The translations under genes and the position numbers were made by a program. From contig CAXXDN010000002.1 in assembly GCA_963667465.2 (NCBI GenBank), positions 64,001-128,000 of the forward strand: a DNA stretch of 64,000 nt, written 5' to 3'. The DNA comes from Dehalococcoidia bacterium. Its GTDB lineage: Bacteria; Chloroflexota; Dehalococcoidia; UBA2979. Each line of letters opens with the position of its first letter. The first letter of the stretch is position 1. Below are positions 1-10,158 of the stretch, piece after piece. The notes beneath the pieces were generated by a model. That model was not told the origin of the DNA, ran no database searches, and saw nothing but the letters and a program-made list of their open reading frames with translations.

Positions 1-690
1 GACATCCTCGAACAGATCGGCAAACGTGCGAGGGTTTCGATCCAGCTCGCCCTGATGGCGATCGTCACCGCCGTCGTGATCGCCCTGCCGCTCGGCATCA
101 TTGCGGCGGTCAAGCAGGACAGCTGGGTCGACTACGTATCGCGCTTCTTCTCGGTGCTGGGCCTCTCGGTTCCGGACTTCTTCACCGCGACGCTGCTCCT
201 CTATTTCCTCTCGGTCTGGGTTGGGTGGGCACCCCCATTCGGCTACTTCTCCATCTGGTCCGACACGTGGACGAACCTGCAGGCGTACACCTTCCCCGCG
301 CTGATTGTCGGTTACCGGCTGTCCGCGATCAGCGCGCGCATGACGCGCTCGGCCATGCTCGAGGTGCTGCGCCAGGACTACGTACGCACCGCCCGGGCGA
401 AGGGCCTCAACGAGCGCCCCGTCATCCTCAAGCACTCGCTGCGGAACGCGCTCATCCCGGTCGTCACGATCATGGGCACGCAGCTCAGCTTCCTGCTCGG
501 TGGGATCGTGCTCATCGAGGTCGTGTTCTCACTTCCCGGACTCGGTTCGCTGCTGCTGAACGCCGTCGAGGTGCGTGACTACCCGGTGGTGCAGGGCGTG
601 GTGGTCCTCACCTCCATCACCTTCATCCTCATGAACCTGCTGGTCGATCTTTCGTACGCGTTGATCGACCCGCGGATCCGCTACAGCTAG
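1..690 (+). CDS. ABC peptide/nickel transporter permease (DppB/OppB family), 5'-truncated by window edge
   Basis: Frame open from base 1; EAA-type loop 'MLEVLRQDYVRTARAKGL' and C-terminal 'DLSYALIDPRIRY'. Confidence 0.93.
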   Translation, partial: DILEQIGKRARVSIQLALMAIVTAVVIALPLGIIAAVKQDSWVDYVSRFFSVLGLSVPDFFTATLLLYFLSVWVGWAPPFGYFSIWSDTWTNLQAYTFPALIVGYRLSAISARMTRSAMLEVLRQDYVRTARAKGLNERPVILKHSLRNALIPVVTIMGTQLSFLLGGIVLIEVVFSLPGLGSLLLNAVEVRDYPVVQGVVVLTSITFILMNLLVDLSYALIDPRIRYS

Positions 691-704
691 GGCAGGAGGC
701 GACG

Positions 705-1598
705 GTGGCCGCGAGCACGACCCGGACCGAGCTTCAGCAGTTCGCTACTCCCGCGCGGAACCCTATCGTCCACACGCTGTGGAACATTGTGCGGACACCC
801 GTCGGCGCGATCTCACTGGCGATCATCATCGTGCTCGTACTCGTCGCCGCGTTTGGCCCCTGGATTGCCCCCTACAGCTTTACGAAATCATCGATCGACA
901 CATACCAGGGCCCCAGCACCGCTCACTGGCTGGGCACAGACAATCTTGGCCGCGACACGCTCTCGCGAATCATGCAGGGCGCGCGCGTCTCGATTTATGC
1001 CGGCTTCCTGACGGTCACCTTCGGCACCCTGCTCGGCTCGATCATCGGCCTCGTGAGCGGCTTCGCCGGCGGCACGACCGACCTGGTGATGCAGCGCTTC
1101 GTCGACGCCATCCAGGCGATCCCGGCGCTGATGATGACAATCGCGATCATCGCGGTGATTGGTCCCAGCACCACCAACGCCGTGCTGGCGATCGCCGTCT
1201 TCATCTCCGCCAGCAACTCGCGCGTGGTGAGAGGCGCGGTCTTCTCCGTCAAGGAAAATGTCTATATCGAGGCCGCCGAGGTGGTCGGCGCCTCACCGAT
1301 CCGGCGCATGGTCCGCCACGTGTTACCCAATGTGATGCCGGTCATCCTGATCCTGATCTCCGCCGGCTTCGGCTCCGCGATCCTGATCGAGGGCGCGCTC
1401 AGCTTCCTCGGCCTCGCCACGCAGCTGCCCGATGTCTCATGGGGCATCATCCTGCGCGACGGGCGGATCTTCATGGAGGAGCAGCCCTGGATGGCCTTCG
1501 CGGCCGGCAGCGCCATCGCCCTCGCGGTGCTCGCCTTCAACCTGCTCGGCGACGTCATCCGCGACGTGCTCGACCCGCGCCTGCGAGGCTCGCGCTAA
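705..1598 (+). CDS. ABC peptide transporter permease (DppC/OppC family)
   Basis: 'HWLGTDNLGRD', 'YIEAAEVVGA', 'RDVLDPR'; AGGAGG before GTG start. Confidence 0.93.
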   Translation: MAASTTRTELQQFATPARNPIVHTLWNIVRTPVGAISLAIIIVLVLVAAFGPWIAPYSFTKSSIDTYQGPSTAHWLGTDNLGRDTLSRIMQGARVSIYAGFLTVTFGTLLGSIIGLVSGFAGGTTDLVMQRFVDAIQAIPALMMTIAIIAVIGPSTTNAVLAIAVFISASNSRVVRGAVFSVKENVYIEAAEVVGASPIRRMVRHVLPNVMPVILILISAGFGSAILIEGALSFLGLATQLPDVSWGIILRDGRIFMEEQPWMAFAAGSAIALAVLAFNLLGDVIRDVLDPRLRGSR

Positions 1599-1605
1599 CC
1601 GCGGC

Positions 1606-2709
1606 TCACGCGACCGCCGCGATCATCCCGTCGCCCGGCAGCGTCCCGCCTGCCTCGCCGATCCGCGCCGTCCAGTAACCGAAGCTGCGCGCCAGCGCCT
1701 CGAGGGCGTCGCGCTGTCCGCCCGCCGCGGCCGGCGAGGCGACGATCAGCGCGCGTCCGAGGTGACGCGCCAGCTCGCCCGGGTGCGCCGTCGCACGCAC
1801 CTCGGCGAAGCCCGCCCGTTCCAGCGCCTCGCGCAGCCATGTCGTGGTCCAACGCCGCAGCTCCACCACCGTGCTGCGCCGCGCGTGCGGAGCGAGCCGC
1901 TCGAGTAGCTCGACACCGAGCGCGGGCGCGCTCGCCAGCAGCGTCTCGCCGTAAGCGCGCCGACCGAGCGCTGCGGCCTCGAGGGCCTGCTGGTGCAGCC
2001 CGGCCGCCTCGCCCCCGGCGGGAAGTTCGAGGGTGTGGCGACGCTCCAGTGGCGGGTCCTGCAGCCGTCGCACGTAGGTGTAGAGGCGGATCGGGCGCGA
2101 GGCGGCGTCGACCCCCTCCCAGAGCAGCACGCTCTCGATCTCCGGCGCGGGAAGCCGCCAATTCTGGTACGAGGCGCGCAGCGCCCCGCCGGGCCGCAGC
2201 ACGCGCCGCAGCTCAGCGAAGACCGCCTCCGGTGCTGCTGCTTCCTCAAGCGATGCCGCCGCCGTCACGAGGTCGACCGAGCCGCCGGCGAGGGGCAGCG
2301 CCGCCGCGTCCGCCGTCGCGAAGCGCGCGTTGGCCAGCCCAAGCCGCGCGGCGTTCGCGCTGCAGGTCCGCGCGCGCCGCGGCGCCGGATCGACGCCCAG
2401 TACGGCGGCGTCCGGACGGGCGGCGGCCAGCGGCAGTGAGGGCCAGCCGTCGCCGGGGCCGATGTCGAGCACACGCAGCGGGTGCGGCGATCGGGCGGGC
2501 GGAGCGTGCGCCACGTAGTCGGCGATCCGGGCTGCGTCGGCCCAGTGCTGCTCGCGGCGCGGGTCGTAGGGGATATCGACGAAGGGGAGCTGGCCGTCGC
2601 GCTGGCGCTCCATGCGCTCGTAGAGCCCATGGGCGGAATCGAGCGGCTCGGGTGGCGCATTCGCCAGCAGCCAGCGCTCGATTGGCGAGGGGGACCCGGC
2701 AGACGGCAT
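1606..2709 (-). CDS. Class I SAM-dependent methyltransferase
   Basis: Motif I 'VLDIGPGDG', 'ADAAALPLAGGSVDLV', 'RRVLRPGG'. Confidence 0.8.
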   Translation of the reverse strand: MPSAGSPSPIERWLLANAPPEPLDSAHGLYERMERQRDGQLPFVDIPYDPRREQHWADAARIADYVAHAPPARSPHPLRVLDIGPGDGWPSLPLAAARPDAAVLGVDPAPRRARTCSANAARLGLANARFATADAAALPLAGGSVDLVTAAASLEEAAAPEAVFAELRRVLRPGGALRASYQNWRLPAPEIESVLLWEGVDAASRPIRLYTYVRRLQDPPLERRHTLELPAGGEAAGLHQQALEAAALGRRAYGETLLASAPALGVELLERLAPHARRSTVVELRRWTTTWLREALERAGFAEVRATAHPGELARHLGRALIVASPAAAGGQRDALEALARSFGYWTARIGEAGGTLPGDGMIAAVA

Positions 2710-2748
2710 CGGCGCGGCCCTCCGCCTCGATCGGCTCGGGCGCCGTGG

Positions 2749-2862
2749 CTAGAAGAGCCCGCCGGTGCGGATCGTGCGCTCGATCGCATAGAGGACGAGC
2801 AGGCCCACGGCGATGGCGATCCACTTCCAGTGGAAGCGGCCGGGATCCTCGAGCAGGTTCAT
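2749..2862 (-). CDS. Small single-pass membrane protein (37 aa, MNLLEDPGRFHWKWIAIAVGLLVLYAIERTIRTGGLF)
   Basis: ATG at 2862 with GGAG 9 nt upstream; one hydrophobic helix; GC3-rich codons. Confidence 0.6.
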   Translation of the reverse strand: MNLLEDPGRFHWKWIAIAVGLLVLYAIERTIRTGGLF

Positions 2863-3170
2863 CGAAGGCGTCTCCAGCTCCGGCCGCGGTCGTCGACAGA
2901 CCGCGTGGGGGCGAGCGTACGGCCTGCGCGAGCGGGCGTCACGCCCGGTGGGGGCAATGCCACGACGGGCTGGCCGCTGCGGACAGTCCCGGCGTTGCCG
3001 ATGCAGCAGGCCGGACGCGCTGTCTGCGTTCGGGGCGCGCGCGTTGCCAGCCATGCTGGTACGCTCTCACGACGTTAGGTGTGGCGAATATCGAGCCGTT
3101 GCCCGTACGATGTTCAGCGGGCAGGCCCGACAGCACGTCCGGCGCACCGCAGCAGGGCGCGGGGGTAACG

Positions 3171-4808
3171 ATGACAGCGCGGCTGATCGCACTGCCGGCT
3201 CGCCGTGCGCCGCTGATCGGCCACGGCTGGCCCCCGGCGGTGATCCTGCTGCCCGGCTTGCTGGTCGGCGCACTCTGCGCCATCCCACCGATCTACCTGC
3301 TGGTCCGCGCCGGACAGTCGCCCGAGGCCGCCTGGGAAGCCGTCGCCACGAGTTCGACGCTCGGCCTCGCGCTGCGCACGGCTGCCTTCGCTGCGGGCGC
3401 GACCGCGATCGCGACAGCGATCGCGCTGCCGCTCGCCTGGCTGACGACTCGTACGGATCTGCCCGGGAGGCGCGTGCTGGGGATTCTCGCCGCACTGCCG
3501 CTCGCCGTGCCGTCGTACATCGCCGCGATGCTGGCGGTCTCCGCCTTCGGGCCGACCGGGCTGCTGCAGGACATGCTCGCACCGCTCGGCGTGGAGCGGC
3601 TGCCCTCGATCTACGGCTACCCGGGCGCGGTGCTGGTGCTCGCGCTGTTCACCTACCCGTACCTGCTGCTGACGCTGCGCCCGGCGCTGCTCGGCCTCGA
3701 CCCGCGCCTCGAGGAGACTTCGCGCGGCCTCGGCTCCGGGCGCTGGACCACGTTCCGCCGGGTGGTGCTGCCGCAATTGCGGCCCTCGCTTGCGGCGGGC
3801 GGGCTGCTCGTTGCGCTGTACGCGATCTCGGACTTCGGGGCGGTGGCGCTGCTGCGCTACGACACGCTGACGAGGGCGCTGTTCGTGCGCTACGAGTCCG
3901 GCTTCGACTTCTCGGGCGCCTCGGCGCTCGCGCTCGTGCTGATCGGCATCGCCTTCACGCTCATCGCGATCGAGCTGTGGGCGCGCGGCGAGCGCCGCTA
4001 CCACAGCGCGCGAGGCGGCTCGCGGCCGGCCTCCGTCGCGCCGCTCGGCCGCTGGCGCTGGCCGGCGTTCGGGCTGGTGCTGGCGCTGCTGGCGTTGGCG
4101 CTGGTCCTGCCGCTTGCGCTGCTCGGCTTCTGGCTTGTGCGCGGGCTGGCGGCCGGGGAGGCGCTGCACGGCGTGGGCGGCGCGGTGCTGGACTCGCTGA
4201 CGGCGGCCGGTCTCGCCGCGCTGGTCGCGGCTGCGGCCGCGATCCCCGTCGCCGTGCTCTCGGCGCGCCATCGCCGCTTCGCGCTGACGCAACCGATCGA
4301 GCTGCTGAGCCACAGCGGCTTCGCGCTGCCGGGGCTGGTCGTCGCGCTTGCGCTTGTCTTCGCGGCGCTGCACAGCGAGTCCATCGCCGGCGGGCTGTTC
4401 GGCGGGTGGCTGTACCAGTCGCCGGGGTTGCTGGTCGCCGCCTACGCGCTGCTCTTCCTGCCGCAGGCGCTCGGCGCTACGCGGGCCTCGCTGCTGCAGA
4501 TCAGCCCCTCGATGGAGGAAGCGGCGAGCGGACTGGGCCGGCGTCCCTGGCAGGTGCTGGGCTCGATCACGCTGCCGCTCGCCAGCCGCGGCATCGCCGT
4601 CGGCATGGCGCTCGTCTTCCTCACCACGATGAAGGAACTGCCCGCGACCCTGATCCTCAGCCCGATCGGCTTCCAGCCGCTGGCGGCGCAGGTCTGGGGC
4701 GCCGCCAGCGAGGCGTTCTTCGCTCGCGCCGCGCTCCCGGCGCTGCTGCTGGTGCTGCTCTCCGCCCTCCCGCTCGCACTGCTCACCATCTGGAGGCGCG
4801 ATGCCTGA
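3171..4808 (+). CDS. Fe3+-type ABC transporter permease (FbpB-like, two BPD_transp_1 domains)
   Basis: Two EAA loops ('LEETSRGLG', 'MEEAASGLG'), 'MKELPATLIL'; true start inside the long 1839..4808 ORF. Confidence 0.88.
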   Translation: MTARLIALPARRAPLIGHGWPPAVILLPGLLVGALCAIPPIYLLVRAGQSPEAAWEAVATSSTLGLALRTAAFAAGATAIATAIALPLAWLTTRTDLPGRRVLGILAALPLAVPSYIAAMLAVSAFGPTGLLQDMLAPLGVERLPSIYGYPGAVLVLALFTYPYLLLTLRPALLGLDPRLEETSRGLGSGRWTTFRRVVLPQLRPSLAAGGLLVALYAISDFGAVALLRYDTLTRALFVRYESGFDFSGASALALVLIGIAFTLIAIELWARGERRYHSARGGSRPASVAPLGRWRWPAFGLVLALLALALVLPLALLGFWLVRGLAAGEALHGVGGAVLDSLTAAGLAALVAAAAAIPVAVLSARHRRFALTQPIELLSHSGFALPGLVVALALVFAALHSESIAGGLFGGWLYQSPGLLVAAYALLFLPQALGATRASLLQISPSMEEAASGLGRRPWQVLGSITLPLASRGIAVGMALVFLTTMKELPATLILSPIGFQPLAAQVWGAASEAFFARAALPALLLVLLSALPLALLTIWRRDA

Positions 4809-5892
4809 GCGCGCACCCACCGCCGCGCACGAGGCGCACGCGGTACCCGGGGAGGTACCCGGGCCGCCCGCACTGCGCGCGCGCGGCCTCGTACGCAGCT
4901 TCGACGGCGCGCGGGCGCTCGACGGGCTGGACCTCGACGTCGCAGCCGGCGAGCTCTGCGTCATCCTCGGCGCGAGCGGCTCCGGCAAGACGACCGCGCT
5001 GCGCCTGATCGCCGGCTTCGAGCGCCCCGACGAGGGCGCGATCGAGCTGTTCGGCGAGCGCGTGGCCGGCGCGGGCGCGTTTGTGGCTCCCGAGCGCCGC
5101 GGCGTGGGCATGGTGTTCCAGGACTACGCGCTGTTCCCGCACCTCTCGGTGGAGGACAACGTCGCCTACGGCCTCCCGCGCGGCGCGGACCGCGCGACGC
5201 GCGTGCGCGAGGTGCTGGAGCTGACCGGCCTCGGCGGCCTGGACAGGCGCGCCGTGCATGAGCTGTCCGGCGGCGAACAGCAACGCACCGCACTGGCGAG
5301 GGCGCTCGCGCCGCAGCCGCGGCTGCTGCTGCTCGACGAACCGTTCTCCAACCTCGACCCCTCGCTGCGCGCGCGGGTACGCGGCGAGCTGCGCGAAATC
5401 CTGCGCCGCGCGGGCACGACGACGATCCTCGTCACGCACGACCAGGAGGAGGCGCTCTCGATCGCCGGCCGTGTCGCCTTCCTCTGGGAGGGGCGCGTTG
5501 AGCAGTACGGCACGCCGCGGGAAATCTACCTTGAGCCGGGCACGCTGCGCGTCGCGGAGAGCATCGGCGACGCGATCGTGCTGCGGCTGCCCGCCGCGGG
5601 CGGCCTCGTGCGTACCCCGTTCGGCGACTTGCCCGCGCCGCCCGAGGCGAGCCGCTGCGCCGTGGTGATCCGTCCCGAGGACGTGCTGCTGCGTGAGTCC
5701 GGAACGCCCGCCGAGGTCTGCGGCCACGAGTTCTACGGCCACGACCAGATGCTGCACGTGCGCCTGGCCGGCGGCGAGGAGTTGCGCGTCCGCGTCGGGC
5801 CCGGCGAGGAGTTCGCGGGTCTCGATCGCGTCGCCTTGCAGCTGCGACGCTCCCCGCCGGTGTTCGCCGAGTCGCCCGCGGCGACGCGCTGA
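4801..5892 (+). CDS. ABC transporter ATP-binding protein (FbpC/PotA-like, C-terminal TOBE-like domain)
   Basis: Walker A GASGSGKT, LSGGEQQR signature, LLLDEPF; overlaps permease stop. Confidence 0.92.
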   Translation: MPERAPTAAHEAHAVPGEVPGPPALRARGLVRSFDGARALDGLDLDVAAGELCVILGASGSGKTTALRLIAGFERPDEGAIELFGERVAGAGAFVAPERRGVGMVFQDYALFPHLSVEDNVAYGLPRGADRATRVREVLELTGLGGLDRRAVHELSGGEQQRTALARALAPQPRLLLLDEPFSNLDPSLRARVRGELREILRRAGTTTILVTHDQEEALSIAGRVAFLWEGRVEQYGTPREIYLEPGTLRVAESIGDAIVLRLPAAGGLVRTPFGDLPAPPEASRCAVVIRPEDVLLRESGTPAEVCGHEFYGHDQMLHVRLAGGEELRVRVGPGEEFAGLDRVALQLRRSPPVFAESPAATR

Positions 5893-5935
5893 GCGCTTCG
5901 CCCTCCTGACGGTTCCCGAGCAGGCTCCGAGGCGG

Positions 5936-7516
5936 CTACACGTCTCCGCGCAGGCTGGCGAGCAGCACCTTGCGCTGGACCTTGCCGTTGCGCGTGCGAG
6001 GAAGCTCGTCGACGAGGCGGTACTCGTGTGGCTGCTTGTAGCTCGCCAGCTTCGTCTCGGCGTGGGCGCGGAGCGTGTCCTCCTCGACCCGCACGCCGTC
6101 CTGCGGCACCACGCAGGCGGTCACCAGCGTCTTCGTCGGGTCGATCGGCACGCCGACGACGGCGACCTCGGAGACGCCGGGGCAGGACTCGATCGCCGCC
6201 TCGATCTCGACCGGGGAGAGACGGAAGCCGAACGACTTGATCACATCGTCGGAGCGGCCGTGGAACCAGATGTAGCCGTCCTCGTCGAGCGCCGCGAGGT
6301 CGCCGCCGGTGAACCACTCGCCGCGGTAGACCGTGGCTTCTTCGTCCGGCCGCCGCCAGTAGCCGAGCATCAGCCCGGGGTCCGTGCGGTGGACGGCGAG
6401 TAGCCCGACTTCGCCGGGCGGCAGCGGCTGGTCGGCGCCCGGCGCGGCGCCGTCCTCGGGCAGGATCACGACGCGGCGTCCGGGCTGCGGCTGCCCCGGC
6501 GAGCCTGGTCGCACGGGGGTGGCCGGGCCCGAGGAGATGTAGGTGCTGACCTCGGTCATGCCGAGCGCCTCGAACATCTCCGTGCCGACCCTTGCCGCCC
6601 ACTCGTCGGCGAGCGCGGGCAGCAGCGGCTCGGCGGCGCAGAGGCAGTGACGCAGCGAGGAGAGATTGGTCTCCTCGGGCGCTCCGTACTTGAGCAGCTG
6701 GCGGTAGACGGTGGGGACGGCGGTGAAGACGTTGACGCCGTGCCCGGCGATCAGGCGTGACCAGATCGCGGGGTCGGGCGGGCCGCCGTAGAGCATCGCG
6801 TGCCCACCGACCGCCCAGACGTCCATCAGCCCGACGCCGAGGGTGTAGGACCAGTTCAGCGTGCCTGCGTGCAGCGCGACATCGCCCGCCTCGAAGCCCT
6901 CCCACGCGCCCCACATCAGCGCGCGCCCGTAGAGCGTGCGCTGGGCGTGCAGGACGCCCTTCGGGCTGGCCTGCGTCCCCGAGGTGTAGATCAGGAACGC
7001 CGGGTCCTCGGCCTGGGTCTGTGGCAGCTCCGCGTCGCCATCGAGGCTGTCGAGGTCGGCCGCGTCGATCCGGAGGCCTTCGAAGCCGGGCAACGGCAGG
7101 TCGGCGGAGGTGACGGCTGCGCGCGGCTCGGCGTCGGCGCAGAGGAAGGCGGCCTCGGCGGGAGTGAGCTGCGGCGAGGCCGGGATCGGCGCCAGCCCGG
7201 CGGCGTTCGCGCCGAAGAAGGCGAAGGCGTAGTCCGGCGAGTGCGGCGTGCGCACCAGCACGCGGTCGCCCGGCTTGAGACCGCGCGCCAGCAACCCGCG
7301 CCCGATCCGCGCGACCCGCGCCCACGCCTCGGCGTAGGTCCAGCGCTCCGTGCGGTCGCCGTAGAGGAAGCTGAACGCGGGCTCGTTGGCGAACGCCGGA
7401 TCGAGCGCGCGCTGCTCGAGGCAGGCGCGCGCGATGTTGAGTGGCCCCTCGACGGGCGCGCGCACGACCGTGCCGGGCGCGATCACGCCGGGCTCCGCGG
7501 GCTCCTCGTGCGTCAC
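5936..7516 (-). CDS. AMP-binding acyl-CoA synthetase / aryl-CoA ligase family
   Basis: 'IYTSGTQASPKG' P-loop, 'GDLA...GRSDD', 'LPRTRNGKVQR'. Confidence 0.92.
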   Translation of the reverse strand: MTHEEPAEPGVIAPGTVVRAPVEGPLNIARACLEQRALDPAFANEPAFSFLYGDRTERWTYAEAWARVARIGRGLLARGLKPGDRVLVRTPHSPDYAFAFFGANAAGLAPIPASPQLTPAEAAFLCADAEPRAAVTSADLPLPGFEGLRIDAADLDSLDGDAELPQTQAEDPAFLIYTSGTQASPKGVLHAQRTLYGRALMWGAWEGFEAGDVALHAGTLNWSYTLGVGLMDVWAVGGHAMLYGGPPDPAIWSRLIAGHGVNVFTAVPTVYRQLLKYGAPEETNLSSLRHCLCAAEPLLPALADEWAARVGTEMFEALGMTEVSTYISSGPATPVRPGSPGQPQPGRRVVILPEDGAAPGADQPLPPGEVGLLAVHRTDPGLMLGYWRRPDEEATVYRGEWFTGGDLAALDEDGYIWFHGRSDDVIKSFGFRLSPVEIEAAIESCPGVSEVAVVGVPIDPTKTLVTACVVPQDGVRVEEDTLRAHAETKLASYKQPHEYRLVDELPRTRNGKVQRKVLLASLRGDV

Positions 7517-7851
7517 GGGGCCTCCTCGACCAGCGCCGACATCGAGCCCTGCGAGGTGGGGATGCGCGGGTCCGCGCCGTAGCCGTGGATCTTCTCCTGG
7601 TTGCGCGTCACCTGCTCATGCCCCGCTGTCTCCACGATCACCCGCCCCTCCGTATCGACGATGCGGGCGAGGGCGAACGCCTTCTCTTTCGCGTATCCGA
7701 AGATGCGCCCCAGCATCTCGATGACGTAGGCGTAGCTGTGGTAGTCGTCATCGAGCAGCACCAGGTGGTAGCGGGGCGCGAGTTGCTGCCCGGCGTCCGG
7801 CGTCGCGATCTCCGCCGGTGCGGTGGGGGTGGTCGTCTCGGAGGCGGTCAC
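7513..7851 (-). CDS. clpS: ClpS N-degron adaptor (paralog 1)
   Basis: 'YHLVLLDDDYHSYAYVIEML...VDTEGRVIV'; overlaps the synthetase start by 4 nt. Confidence 0.85.
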   Translation of the reverse strand: MTASETTTPTAPAEIATPDAGQQLAPRYHLVLLDDDYHSYAYVIEMLGRIFGYAKEKAFALARIVDTEGRVIVETAGHEQVTRNQEKIHGYGADPRIPTSQGSMSALVEEAP

Positions 7852-7906
7852 GCGCCCATTGTCCGCCCTCGCCGCCTCGCGTCAACGGCGCGGCGCCGCC
7901 AATCGG

Positions 7907-8722
7907 CTACGAGGCATGCCAGGCGCGCTGGAAGTAGCCCCAGAAGTCGATCATCAACACGCCCTGGCCGCCCTCGGTGACGGGCTGCGACTCGCGCTGC
8001 GGCCACGGGTCGACGCCCACCTGCTGCATCATGTCGATGTGCATCCGCTCACTCCAGGGCGCCTCCACCTCGTAGATGCAGAGGTAGGGCAGCGGGGTGC
8101 CGTCGATGCGGCGCTCGAGGATGTAGCGCGTCGCGCTGCGGAACGGGGGTGACTTGGCCACGTCGATCATGTGGTTCGTGGCGTACCAGTCGTCGAAGGA
8201 CCCGGTGTAGCCGAGGTCCGTCGGGTGCGTGAAGACGATCATCGCGCCCTGGAAGGCGTCGTCGCTCGTCGGGTCGGGGCGGCCGAAGTCGATCAGCTTG
8301 CGATACGCGCCGCTGCTGATCACCGAGCGTCCCGCGGCCTCCGGCATGGCGACGAGGGGATCGAAATCGTCGGCCGCAAGCTGGTAGGCGGCCCCGTAGA
8401 CGGCGGCCGGACGCGGGCGGTCGGGCACGGCGTCGCTCGGCGCCTCGCGATCCAGTTGATGCCAGAGCCGGTCCTCGTAGGCCTCGCTCAAGCCCTGGTT
8501 GATGCCGCGCGCGAGCGGCGTGGCGGGCACCTCCTGCTCGCGCAGCTCGAAGATGTTCGCCGCCGCCGCCGTGCCGCCGTCCAGCAGCGGGCGCGCGCGA
8601 TCCTCGAGGTAGCCCTCGAGGCTGGCGTCGCCGTCGACGGCGAAGAAGTCGAACAGCAGCGAGGCGACGGTCTTGTCGTCGTAGTGCGCCGTGAGGAGTT
8701 GCGGGTCCGCGGTAGTCGTCAT
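7907..8722 (-). CDS. Hypothetical protein with C-terminal EthD/DUF4286-like dimeric barrel domain
   Basis: Start MTTTADPQ at 8722; 'FDDWYATNHMIDV...FRSATRY...YLCIYEV' pattern. Confidence 0.6.
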   Translation of the reverse strand: MTTTADPQLLTAHYDDKTVASLLFDFFAVDGDASLEGYLEDRARPLLDGGTAAAANIFELREQEVPATPLARGINQGLSEAYEDRLWHQLDREAPSDAVPDRPRPAAVYGAAYQLAADDFDPLVAMPEAAGRSVISSGAYRKLIDFGRPDPTSDDAFQGAMIVFTHPTDLGYTGSFDDWYATNHMIDVAKSPPFRSATRYILERRIDGTPLPYLCIYEVEAPWSERMHIDMMQQVGVDPWPQRESQPVTEGGQGVLMIDFWGYFQRAWHAS

Positions 8723-8775
8723 AGTCGTGTGCCCTCTCGTCCGTCTCGGCGTCGGTGACGCCCTGGGCCCGTACT

Positions 8776-9486
8776 CTAGCCGACCTCGGTCGCCTCCTGC
8801 CGCGCCGGGAGCGCGAGACCGTGCAGCACGTGCAAGTCGTCGCTGATGATGCCGGTGACGCCCCACTCGACAAGCTCGCGGGCGTGCTGGCCACTCTCCA
8901 CGCCCCAGGCGAAGAGCTCCGGTACGCGCTCGCGCAGGCCAGCCACGCGCTTCGAGTCGAGGTTGCGGCGATGCGCTCCCACCGCCGGCAGCCCGCCCCC
9001 GCGTGCGAGGTCGAGCGCCCTCGCCAGGTCGTCGGCGGATCCGCAGGAGTAGACGGTGAGCACGTGGGGGAGCGCGCGGAAGGGAGTGAGCGAATCCCAG
9101 TGCCGCGCACTCACGATGTAGGGCTCGCCGGGGCGAAGCTGCGCCATGAGGTCGATCGTGGAGCCGGGCAGGCGGGGGTTCTGGCCCTTGAGATCCAGCA
9201 TCAGGCGCGTGCGCGGCCCGACGGCGTTGAGCACGCCGGCGAGCTGCAGGCGGCCCGGCCGTCCCGGCCGCAACCTCCAGCCCTCGCGCAGCAGCGGCAG
9301 CACGCCCGCCGCCCCCGCGTGCCGGACGTCGAGCCGCCCGCGGTGCAGCCACAGATCGAGTTCGACCACGTCGACACCCCAGCGCTGCGCCTCGGCCAGC
9401 CGCCGGAGCGTGTTGCCGCCACGATGCGCGATGCGTAGTGGACCGTGGAAGAGCGGGCGCGACGGGTGGCCGTCCGTAGCCGTCAC
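8776..9486 (-). CDS. Glycerophosphodiester phosphodiesterase family
   Basis: 'IAHRGG', 'VELDL', C-terminal 'GVTGIISDD'. Confidence 0.85.
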   Translation of the reverse strand: MTATDGHPSRPLFHGPLRIAHRGGNTLRRLAEAQRWGVDVVELDLWLHRGRLDVRHAGAAGVLPLLREGWRLRPGRPGRLQLAGVLNAVGPRTRLMLDLKGQNPRLPGSTIDLMAQLRPGEPYIVSARHWDSLTPFRALPHVLTVYSCGSADDLARALDLARGGGLPAVGAHRRNLDSKRVAGLRERVPELFAWGVESGQHARELVEWGVTGIISDDLHVLHGLALPARQEATEVG

Positions 9487-9618
9487 CAGATCATCCCATC
9501 CCTCATCGCGCCGGGCGTTGCGGGGGGAGTCAGGCGCTACGCGGAGGATACAGCGAGGGGGCGGTCCGCGCCGCCCCCTCTGTGCTGCTTCGTGGCGTGT
9601 CGGCGCCGCTCGGCTGCC

Positions 9619-10128
9619 CTAGGGCGGGTAGCTGTGCGGGATCTGCCACGCCTCGTGCTCGTCCGGCTCGCCGGAGAGCTTCCACTGTGGCAGCCCCCAG
9701 CCGTCGCCGAGGTCGACGATCGTGACCTCGACGCGCTTGCCGATGGCGACATCCTCGCGAGGGGCGGGGTTGCCGTCGTCGCCCAGCAGGTTGCCGACGA
9801 TGCGCAGGGCGCGGTGCTCGCCCAGCGCGCCGCGCTCCTCGTCGAGCTCGACGAGGATCACGGGGTAGGGGACGAAGTCCTTGAACGCGGGGTTAATCGG
9901 ATGCGGGACGATGTAGTAGGAGTAGATCGTGCCCTTGCCCGAGGCAGGAACCCAGGTCATGTCGCTGCTGCGGCACTCCGGGCACATCGTGCGTGCGGGG
10001 TAGATCTTCGCTCCGCAGTCGTCGCACTGCTGGAGCGGGAGGTAGCCCTTGCCCGCCTCCGTCAGGTACTCGCGATGCTGCGGGTCGTTCTCCGGGACGA
10101 ATACGCCCGCTCCGAGGTATTCAGCCAT
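9619..10128 (-). CDS. DUF35 Zn-ribbon/OB-fold protein
   Basis: CDDC...CPEC zinc ribbon, 'GKGTIYSY', downstream of thiolase-like gene. Confidence 0.9.
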   Translation of the reverse strand: MAEYLGAGVFVPENDPQHREYLTEAGKGYLPLQQCDDCGAKIYPARTMCPECRSSDMTWVPASGKGTIYSYYIVPHPINPAFKDFVPYPVILVELDEERGALGEHRALRIVGNLLGDDGNPAPREDVAIGKRVEVTIVDLGDGWGLPQWKLSGEPDEHEAWQIPHSYPP

Positions 10129-10158
10129 TGCTCTTGCTCCTCTTCGCCGGTCGCTCGC

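Noticed and set aside
1839-3170. Long N-terminal extension of the 989-aa ORF, and the many Arg/Ala/Pro-rich overlapping ORFs in the window
   Set aside because: Shadow ORFs expected in very high-GC DNA; they overlap well-supported genes in other frames
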